64,000 bases of DNA from Callorhinchus milii (Eukaryota). Of the stretch, positions 25,685-35,700 are shown piece by piece; position 1 is the first letter of the stretch, and the number at the start of each line of letters is the position of its first letter. The DNA lies in the NCBI RefSeq assembly GCF_018977255.1, contig NW_024704749.1:7502001-7566000 (forward strand). Reading direction: 5' to 3'. Both the position numbers and the translations under genes were made by a program. The notes beneath the pieces were generated by a model. The model made no database searches and was not told where the DNA came from. It saw only the letters and a list, made by a program, of their open reading frames with translations.

Positions 25685-26240
25685 GTATATTCCATCCCCC
25701 AGTGCCTTCGCCTTACTTCCTCCCTTTCCTCCTTCAAAGGCTGGTCTCAAGACCTTTCTCTTCGACCGTGCCTTCAGCTCCCCTCTCGACTCTCTATCCC
25801 CTCCTCGCTCCCTCCCTTCCCTCCCCCTGACCATTTCCCCCCTCCTCACTCCCTCCCCACCCCTTGACCATTTCCCCCCCTCCTCGCTCCCTCCCTTCCC
25901 TCCCCTCTCCGACCATTCCCCCCCTCCTCGCTCCCTTCCCTCCCCTCCCCTGACCATTCCCCCCCTCCTCGCTCCCCCCCCTCCTCGCTCCCTTCCCTCC
26001 CCTCCCCCTGACCATTCCCCCCCTCCTCGCTCCCTCCCTTCCCGACCATTCCCCCCTCCTCGCTCCCTCCCTTCCCTCCCCTCCCCCTGACCATTCCCCC
26101 CTCCTCGCTCCCTCCCTTCCCTCCCCTCCCCTTGACCATTCCCCCCCTCCGCGCTCCCTCCCTCCCTCCCTCCTTTCCCCTCCCCCTGACCATTTCCCCC
26201 CCCCCCCCAATGCTCGGGTCCCGACCCAACTGTGAAAGGG
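25685..26240 (+). repeat. L2 3'-UTR fragment with an internal ~40-bp unit tandemly amplified about 9 times (C-rich minisatellite)
   Basis: Unit CCTCCTCGCTCCCTCCCTTCCCTCCCC(T)GACCATTCCCC; flanks match the single-copy L2 at 30520-30700 in reverse. Confidence 0.85.
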
Positions 26241-26334
26241 GCCGCGAGGGGGGGACGGGGTGGGGGGGGGGGGGGGAGGGAGGGAGGGAGGGGGAGGGTT
26301 ATGCTTATCCCCCCCACGATTTAACGGCGAACGC

Positions 26335-26348
26335 GTTTCCATGGCAAC
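26335..26348. promoter_or_regulatory. RFX X-box GTTTCCATGGCAAC
   Basis: Perfect match to the GTTNCCATGGNAAC X-box consensus, in the 5' region of a ciliary IFT-B gene. Confidence 0.8.
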
Positions 26349-27135
26349 GACCGGCGGAACGGACTCGGTTCGCCCGCGGAGGTAAAGGCGCTCTTTTTTT
26401 TCCTTCGCAAACGACAGAATAAGGGGGAACGCGGCGGCACGTCGTGCTTTCTCACTGAAGGGCGGGCGAGGGGGGGCGAGGGGGGCTCGTCGTTTTCTCC
26501 CAACCACCCACCCACCCATCCACACACAGGGCCCGAACAACCCCCAAACTGGAGGCCGAGGCTGCGCTTGCGGCCTTCACAACAGGGCCGCCGCCGTCAG
26601 TCAGTCAGTCAGTCAACCCAACCACCAACCAACACACACACACACAGCTCCCGGGGCTTACATTATCTTTATATTTAAGGTATATTTAAGGGTTTGGGGC
26701 GAAAGATATCGTCGAGCGAATAGAGGAAAATAGTCATAAAAGTCGCTCTCTCTTTTTTTTTTGTCTTTACCTGAAACGGTAACCGAAGGGGAGAGGGAGG
26801 GGAAAGAATTGAGGGTTTGGGCCGGAAAATACGACGACGGTTTGTAGCCCAAAAGTCGATCGAACAATAATAACTCACAACTCCCCCCCCCCCAAAAAAA
26901 AAAGAAATAGCCGAATACTATATATTAATGAGCGCAGCAGAAGTAAACTGATTTGAGGGTCAAAACTGGGTAAGAAGAGCCTCTTCCGTGGGGGGGGAGT
27001 GGGGAGGGGGGGAAACGGTATCTCAGGTTCAAATTAAATTCAAAATTTTAAACGCCCGAAAGCCGTTATTTTCACGCGCAGCGCCGCACTGACCGGACAA
27101 CACCCCCCACCGTCACACACCTGTCAACACTACTG

Positions 27136-27148
27136 GTAACCAGGCAAC
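27136..27148. promoter_or_regulatory. RFX X-box GTAACCAGGCAAC
   Basis: Matches GTNRCC-N-RGYAAC and lies next to the GC-box cluster at the likely IFT81 TSS. Confidence 0.7.
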
Positions 27149-28584
27149 GGGAGGCGATGGGGGCGGGGCCGCCGCGTGTGGGCGGGGCTCGCTGGGGCGG
27201 GGGGCGGGGCCGGCGCGTGTGGGCGGGGCTCGCTGGGGCGGGGGCGGGGCTCACTGGTGCGGGGTGAGGGTCTCTCAGGGTGGTGGTAATGGGGGGCTGG
27301 GGAGGGGGAGGGGGGAGTGGGGGGTGTCATTTATAATTGGATTTGAGGTACAGATCAGCCCTGATGTAATAGAATGGCGGAACGGGCTCGAGGGGCTGAA
27401 TGGCCTCTTCCGGTTTCCGATAATCCTATGGGTGGTGGTGGGGGGGGGGGGGGGGGCGGGAGGGCTCTCTGGCTGGGGGTGGGCTCATTGGCTGGGGAGG
27501 TGGGTGGCTCACTGGCCGGGGCGGTCGGGGGGGAGGGGTGCTCATTGGCTGGCGGGGTGTGGGGGGGGGGGCTCACTGGCTGGCGGGGTGGGGGGGGGGG
27601 GCTCACTGGCTGGGGGTGGACCACCTGCTTCCCCGATGTCAGCTGCCAGAGACCGAACCCAACAGAACCCATCCCCCCGATAGCGCTGTCACCCACCAAA
27701 CGCAAACAAAAGGGCAACGAGGCCGATCTCCAATCCTTGAGGGACAATCCAGGGAGAATAACTGGATATATTGGGTCTCTTCAGGCTCGAAAAGAGACAT
27801 CTGATGGGGCAACACTACAACAATAACTTGCATTTCTATAGAGCTCCTCAGGCAGGATAGCGCCCCAGAGCGCCTTGCCTTCGCTGGCAGAGAGACGCCT
27901 CGGGCAGGACAGAAGTTGGGGCAACAACAAATGTGGGCTTTCACGTCGGGAGGACGTCCCGAGGCGCTGATCGAGGGCAAGTGGCTCTGAAACACTGTGG
28001 TTGGGAGAAGATAGTTAGGGGCCATGTACTCCTCACCCGCGACCCAGCAACCACTGAACGCGTGGAGATGCTGTCCGAGGTTAGCATGAGGGCTTCAGCG
28101 TGCTACGTACCCCCTGCGGTCAAACAGCTTGACCACATTGTCGGTTGCAACGCGCCAACTGGGATCCTACTGATTGCACAATTTGTAGTCTGTGCCTAAT
28201 TTATCCTCGTCAGGCAACGTCTTCACGAACATCGAGTCTATCAAACTAGGCTCTCGCAGCAGCTTCACAAGTAATTGCTGCTGAGTGTAGTGACCGTGTG
28301 TTTGAAACAACTTGCCTGCGTCAGGTCAGTTTCTGCAAATACAGTGGTAAAGTTGTTTTTTTTGCAAAAGGTAATAATAAACTGACTTAAATAGATCAAT
28401 TATTTGGAATTTTGTGAAGCGCTCTGAGACGTCTCAACGACGTGATCCGGCGCTTTTTAAATGCAAGGATGATTATTATTATTATCTTTTTTTTTTGCTT
28501 GCCATCTGATCAATGTTGCATTCAGGGCGAGAGTTGTTGCGAAAACTTTCTTTGAGCGGGATACGATATTATCCGCTGTGCTGC

Positions 28585-28953
28585 GGATTCCTGTAGGGTA
28601 GAGGTTAGAGCCCTCGCCTCGTGAGCGAGCGAGAGGACCCGCGGTCGATTCCCGGGCGGGGCAAAGCCTTAGGTTATTACCACGACGCCTCTGTTTTCCC
28701 AGCAGTAAGTAGGAACCCCGTTTGTTAGTCGATTGGCGGATCACTTTCCCGGCAGTAGTAATCCCTTTAAAAGAATAATTTGATCACTCAATCCACGACT
28801 CTTTGTGGGACGTTGCTGGTGCACTTGACGGCCGCGTTTCGCCCACAAAATACAGTCCGTGTCGCTTTCCAGTATGTTCTGCGGAACGCTTCGAGGCGTC
28901 TCGACGACACGATATGGCGCTATATATATCAAAGTGCGAGGATTATTATTTTT
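28585..28953 (+). mobile_element. tRNA-derived SINE, CpG-rich copy between IFT81 and P2RX4
   Basis: Same family; CpGs largely retained. Confidence 0.8.
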
Positions 28954-29235
28954 ATGATAAATACACTCACCCCAATTTTAAACTGGTCATCACTGGTGTA
29001 TGATATCACAAAGAAGAAAAAACTAGAGATAAACCCCCATTTCTCTCTATCATTTGCTCGTAAATATATTTATATATATATAGAGAGAGAGAAACTTGCC
29101 AGAAATGTAAAGTTCGTTCATTCATTCATTCATTCGCACCTCCACAAATTAAGGTCGTGCAAAGCCCCCTCCCTCCAAAAAAAAACACCCAAACCCACCC
29201 AAACAAGCAAAATCTGAACACGATTTGATCTGTTA

Positions 29236-29247
29236 GAAAGTGAAACT
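29236..29247 (+). promoter_or_regulatory. ISRE/IRF element GAAAGTGAAACT upstream of P2RX4
   Basis: Exact GAAANNGAAACT match about 340 bp before the P2RX4 ATG. Confidence 0.55.
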
Positions 29248-29583
29248 GAACAAGAAAACTCCCAAATTGGGTTTATTTCAAACAGCTCCTGTTCTCCAGA
29301 CCTGCAGAGGCGCTGAAGGAAACCACACACATCTTTACAAAGCTCCTGGATTATGTGGACCAGTTCCCTTCTGCTTGGTCAACGACTGGGCTGAATGAAG
29401 TCTTGCTGTGGATCGTATAATTTTGCGGTGAAGACACCACACCACAAGGGAAAATCTGCGTTGGGGAGAGGAGAGGAGAGGAGAGAAGGTGAAGGGGGTT
29501 CCCCTCATCCAACTCCACTTCCACTTGCATTTCCACCCCTCTTTTTCCGTTGACTCCTCCAGCTCATACTCAGTGCAAACAAG

Positions 29584-29723
29584 ATGCCTCTTCGTGAAAC
29601 CTGCTGCTCTGTCTGTGATTTCATTCTGGAATACGACACCCCGAGGATTGTGCTCATCAAAAACAAGAAAGTTGGGCTCATTAATCGTCTGGTACAGTTG
29701 GTGATCCTTTCCTATATCATTGG
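29584..29723 (+). CDS. P2RX4: P2RX4 exon 1 ([47 protein letters not shown])
   Basis: aagATG start, GG|gtgagt donor, 140 nt. Confidence 0.92.
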
Positions 29724-32700
29724 GTGAGTGACAACTGTGAGATGCCTCTGTCTGTCTGTCTGTCTGTCTGTCTCTCCCTTCCTTCCATTTCATTTCATTT
29801 GACTGAAAAGGGATGGGATTTGTTTTAACACATGGATTTATTAAATTAACAAGCAAGATTTTTATGCTGTTGAAAAGATAAAAGCCATCTTGTCTATTTC
29901 TGCTCTCTCTCTCTCTCTTCCCCCACCCCCTCTCTCTCTCTCTCTCCTCTCCTCTCCCAGTTGATTTGGTGAAATGTATGACCCAATTTAAATTTTAATG
30001 CTAAACCTCCTTTAAATCACGGAAAGCTTTGCGTTTTTTCAGGGCTGTGTGTAAAAAAATCTCACACAATCTCTGTGAAATGTAATCTTAGACCCAATCG
30101 CTGATGAATTCAGTTTCAGTTTCAGTTCAAGGGCTCCAGTCAGGGTCTGGTGACCTGCCTTTAGTTGCCCTCTTTCCGGCAAGAGTTTGGGTTTTGGCCA
30201 AAATTCTTTTTTTCTTTTTGGTCAGCCGGGTGTCTGACACATCACCAGACTAAAGAGTCTCCAAACCAAACTAAGAATTCCACGCATCCCACCTACACGT
30301 GGAAATTACAGAGATAGATTGTTGGAATGGAATGCGCTCTCTCTCTCTCACTCCGAAAAGTATTCACATTTCCAAGACGGAGGCAGATAGATATTTGTTA
30401 GGTCAGGGTATTAAACGATATGGGGCAAGGGGTGGGGTGGGAGGGGAGGTAACAACAACAAGATTGCATTTACAGAGCGCCTTTCACGTCGGGAGGACGT
30501 CCCAAGGCGCTGGACAGTTGGGTCGGGACCCGAGCATTTGGTGGGGGAAATGGTCAGGGTGAGGCGAGGGAAGGGAGGGAGCGAGGAGGGGGTAGAGAGT
30601 CGAGAGGGGAGCTGAAGGCACGGTTGAAGAGAAAGGTCTTGAGACCGGCCTTGAAGGAGAAAAGGGAGGAGGCGGCGAAGGCACTGGGGGATAGAGTTCC
30701 AGAGCCTTGGGGCTGAGAGGCTGAAGGCCCGCCCACCTATGGTAGGGCGGTGAGGGCAGGGGATGTGGAGCAGACCGGAGCCAGAGGAACAGAGGGTACA
30801 GGCAGGTACTTGGGGGAATAGTAGGTCGGAGAGGTAGGAGGGAGCGAGGCCGTGAATGGCCTCGTAGGTGAGGATGAGGATCTTGAATTTGATCCTCTGG
30901 GGGATGGGGAGCCATTTGAGGCGAGCGAGGGTAGGAGTGATGTGGTCGCGTAGCCTGAGGTACAGATCAGCCACTGTGAGGGGATTATTCAATGATAATT
31001 AAATCAATAAATGTAATAATTCTATTATTAAATGATTGCCGCTGCATTGTGTTCCTAGGTGGGTGCTCATCTGGCGAAAAGGCTATCAGGATTTTGACTC
31101 CATCGTCAGCTCGGTCATCATCAAAGTGAAAGGTGTGGCATTTGTCAATTCGTCAGGTTTTGGAGAACGCTTATGGGACTCGGCCGATTACATTATTCCT
31201 CCAGAGGTAAATAATATAATAAATAATAATCCAATTGCGCACAGCAGTGTGTGTGGAGTAAGGAAACTTGCCTAAGGATTCGCCCTGTCCGGGAAACAAA
31301 TGGAACCTGTTCGTCTTGTTTGCGAGGCAAGCCTGCTAACCACAACGCTACGGTATAGATTTCAATGATAAAAAAGCATTTTGGTTTCTGGCTGAGAGCA
31401 CACAGATCCACACTCCCTGTTGGATATGTCAATATTTTCTCGATAAGTAAGGAACAGAGAGAAGGAAGCTGGTAGGAGAGAATGAACCAGAACTGGGAAT
31501 GTATTTGTCAGCTTCAGTGGTAACTAAGCAACTTTTATGCTTAGTTTAAAATAAAAGTATTTGAATTTTAACTAGTATTTGAATTTTTAGGAATGGTGAT
31601 CGTCACAATTGTTGAAACGTGTGCTTTTTTTTTAAATTCAAAAGCATTTACTCAAAGACAGTGACCAGACTGGGTATCACCTCCCACCCAATTTAAGTCG
31701 AAATCAATGTGTTTCAGTCCATCCACTGAAGCAGCCGATTATTGCTGTTAGGAATTTTAGCCCATTTTCTTCTCCTTTCTTTCGACAGCAAGAAAGCTCC
31801 TTCTTTGTTATGACCAACCTAATTCGCACTGAGAATCAGACCCAAGGTCACTGCCCTGAGGTAAGTCTACATAAATGCATAATAGAAGTAAGTCTGTATA
31901 AATACACAAATGAATGCGGCCAGGATATTGACGACACGATGATTTAAAGAGCCAATGACAAGTTAAGTCGGGGTCGAGTTATCAGGAGTTTACTGTACAA
32001 GGCAGCACAAATTGTGGAGTAGGAAGCCGTGTTAATCATAATAAGAACATAAAACGACAAGCGCATGATTCTGTCCAGGCACCAAAATGAATCATTAACG
32101 TTATCACATAAGTGATCACACTATGTCAGGGATGCGGTGGGAGGAGAAAACTCCAGTCTTAACATTTATGGCACTGTTAGTTCAAAGTTTTCTCAGGAGG
32201 TTCTATTGAAGATTACAGAAAGCATTTTTAATACACGCTGGGCATATGCCGACAGATGGGTGGGATGTGGTTTAATAATTGATCACTTTAGTGTCAGGAC
32301 TTACAAACGGTTTGATCTGTCTCTATTTGTAATAAATGCTAATTGGGTTATTATTATTTATCTTGATTTATTATTATTATTATCAATAAGGTCCTAACAG
32401 TGGTAATCATATGTACCACTGCTTGGCCTTGTTATAACTGTCAGGACCTTATTATTATTTAACATTTGATAAAACCCATTGTGTTCTTTCTAGTTGCCAA
32501 AAAATGGGTTTAATTGTACCTCAGACAGTAACTGCACGGCCGGACTCATTGATCCTCACAGCAGTGGTATGTACACCTGATTTTGTTATCACTGTTAGGA
32601 CTTTAATAATAATAATAATAATCCTTTCATTTGATAGCACATGAACTGATATACAACATGTCTCATGTTGTTGAGACATCTCAAAGGGCTTCACAGGGCA

Positions 32701-35700
32701 TATTGTAAAGTGGAGTGACTGTGAAATTTGTGGGAGAAACACAGCAGCCAATTGCGCAGAACATTGTCCCACAAACAGTCGAGGATTCAAGATTTTTTCG
32801 AGGGATTAATATCGACTAACAACTGGGTGCCCACTTACTGCTACGTAAACAAGAAACAAGTGTGTGTGTGTGTGGAGTAAGGAAACTTAGGGTTTCGCTC
32901 CACCCGAGAATAGAACCCGGTTCCTTTCGCTTGCGAGGCGAGCGCGGTAACCTCTACGCTATGCGGACGCTACACCTTGTGCACAATGAACCACTGATTC
33001 GAACTCCAGCATTGTCAGAGCTGGTTCCTTTTGGCTGAAACAATAAAGATAAACTTAAACGAAAACAGAAGTTGCTGAGTTTGGCATTTCTTTCAGAATA
33101 TACTTAGATAGTTGATTGAAGGATATGGGGAGCGAGCAAGAGAGTGTGATGAGGTTGCTTCACATGGAGAAAAACACCAATCGGCTGAGTGAACTCTTTC
33201 TGTGCTGTAACATAACATTCTGTCATTATGTTAAGCGCGTGACGACCTGAAATTTGTCATGCTTTGTTTTGGTTTTAGGCGTATTGACTGGAAAATGTGT
33301 CACCTTTAATGAAGGTGTGAAAACGTGTGAGGTTCTTGCCTGGTGTCCCCTTGAGAGTCAAACAGTTTTTCCCAAGTAAGTATCCGGTCGTTCAAGATAA
33401 TGATCAGTGAATTTGCTTCAACATTTCAAACGGGGCTACAGTCTAGGCTAGAACTCCAGTGCTGCACTGGGCAGAACAGCCTGCTCTCAGCTGCTGTACC
33501 TCGACGAGGTGTTAAATCGAGGTCCCGTTTGCCTGTTCATCTGACGGGCTTGCCTTTGAGAACAGTCACTACATTACACTCGATGGAAAACACCATGTAG
33601 CGTTTTGACGCAAGGGCGAACTATAAAAAACATGGAGTCCCAGAGCGTAGTGGATAGCGTGCTCACCTCGCAAGCAAGAGGACCTGGGTTCGATTCCCGG
33701 ACAAGGTGAACTTTAGGCAAGTTTCCTTACTCCACACGCCTCTGTTTACCTAACATTAAGTAGGAACTTGGTTGTTAGTCCATTGGCGGATCGCTTTCCG
33801 GGGGTAATAATTCCTCCAAAAAATAAATTAATTAACAATTTGGTCACTCAAACGTTTGTGGGAGACTTCTGTGCGCAATTGGTTGCCACCCACAAAATAC
33901 ATAGTCCATCCACTTAACAATATATTCTGTGTAGCACTTTTGAGATGTCTCCAAGATATGATAAGGTGCTATATCAAATGCAAGGATGATTATTATTATT
34001 ATAAGTTCTTATTTTCCCCAAATTCTCAAGAAGGATTTTAAATGCACTTTGTTTCAGTCCGGCGCTTCTTGGAGGAGCTGAAAACTTCACGGTGTTGATC
34101 AAGAACAACATCAGGTTCCCCCAGTTCAATTTCTCAAAGTAAGTGGAAGAACCCCAGTACAGTTCTACTAAGCTTCCCATTCGTGTTCCCGTGTTGCACG
34201 AAGCGGAGTAGAAAAAAACCGACTCCCCCTCTCTTTCTGTTTGCTGCAGGAGAAATATCTTGCCTAACATCAGCGCGAGTTACTTGAAAACATGCGTGTT
34301 CAATCGGACAAAGGAACCTTACTGCCCCATTTTCCGTCTGGGGGACATCGTGAGAGAAACGGGGGACAAATTTCAAGAACTGGCTCTTCAGGTGTGTTCC
34401 ATTGAATATTTCTCGATCAATGCCGTGAATCAAGAAATATTCAATCAAGAAAAAAAACCGAATACGCACCACCGATCGAACATGGACTGTGTGAATGTCG
34501 GTGGGCGAGGGCTTCTTGATGGCCCCATGGACTGGAAGGGCCACAGGTTGTTCACCATTGATCTAGACAGTGCAGGAGGCAGGTGAGTTTTCTTCCTGCC
34601 TCTAACTGTTGCCCTGGCCGGAAACTGAACCCGGAAAATAAGGCGCCGCTTTCAGGTGAACTGGTGAATTTCCACCTCTGCAGAAAATATCCATTTCTGC
34701 CTTGACCAGTGACCGCTTGCTCCCTCCTTCTCTTGCAGGGTGGAGTGATCGGGATTCTGATCAAGTGGAACTGCAACCTGGACCGATCTGCATCTGAGTG
34801 CGTCCCACAATACACATTTCAGCGACTGGACAACAGGAATGTTGATGAAACGGTGTCTCCTGGTTATAATTTTAGGTAAATTCACTGGACGATAACCGGT
34901 TCATAGATTTTCCGATCTATTTAAGTCACCTCCAGTACCCTCCCCTCCTCCCGGGTGAGTTGTTGGGCCTATGGCAGTCAGTGTAATCACTGTACCTCAC
35001 TTGAGTGTCCATCGGGTCAGGTTAACCCCATGCTCTCTCTCTCTCTCTCTCTCTCGTGCTTAAGGCTGACTCTTCCCTGTAGTGTCTGGCACAGTTGGCT
35101 TTCTTGCAGAAGCTGTGAATCTAACACAGGAGGCCAACCTCCTCCTTTCCTTGTGTTCCACCCGCTGGAACTCCATCCCAGTCCCTCCACCTCGCCCCAT
35201 CTCTTGACTCCTTCAAGACCTGTCTCAAGGCCCTCTACTTCGACCTTGTCTTCGGTCACCCTCCTACCCCCTACCCCTCCTGATTCCAACCACCAACTCG
35301 AGTGCGGATCACTGACTGTCCAGCACCTTGGGACATCCTCCTGATGTGAAAGGTGTTGTACAAATGTAACTTGTTGTCGTTGTCAGCGTTCTGCATCTCT
35401 CTCCGCAACATCACCCTTACCAATGCAGCCCCAATAGACTCATTTGCGAGGTGGGGGGAGGTTGTGCCAGCTTCCAATCCTACCCCAGAGTGAAATAGTA
35501 TAGTGAGGAGGGCAGAAGAGAATAAGGGTGACAGGAAGGGAACTGTGGTCAACACTCTATAATTACCTCCCACTCCCAACCTCGCTTGTCCCTTCAGCCA
35601 CAGGAGTGCTATCACTCTCCTATACGATGGGATCGTGGAAGCAGACTGTTGCATTAAGGGTGAAGATTGTAGATGCGGGAATCCCAAGATCAAAACTGAC

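Larger units (their letters stand above)
26300..27650 (-). promoter_or_regulatory. IFT81: CpG/GC-rich promoter and probable non-coding first exon(s) of IFT81
   Basis: High CpG density, tandem GGGGCGGGGC GC-boxes at about 27160-27250, ATTGG/CCAAT motifs near 27488 and 27545, candidate minus-strand donors at 27120 (CAG|gtgtgt) and 26770 (CAG|gtaaag). Confidence 0.7.

Noticed and set aside
25515-26540. Long ORFs (191-253 aa) on both strands
   Set aside because: They translate the C/G-rich L2-derived minisatellite, which is stop-poor low-complexity sequence, not genes
27933-28330. Possible decayed P2RX7 exons or a small gene between IFT81 and P2RX4
   Set aside because: The translations I checked show no P2X similarity or exon structure, and the ORF start lies in an L2 end
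33634-33705. tRNA-like sequence with A/B boxes (also at the other SINE heads)
   Set aside because: Always fused to the same SINE body and tail and degenerate in the cloverleaf; these are SINE heads, not tRNA genes
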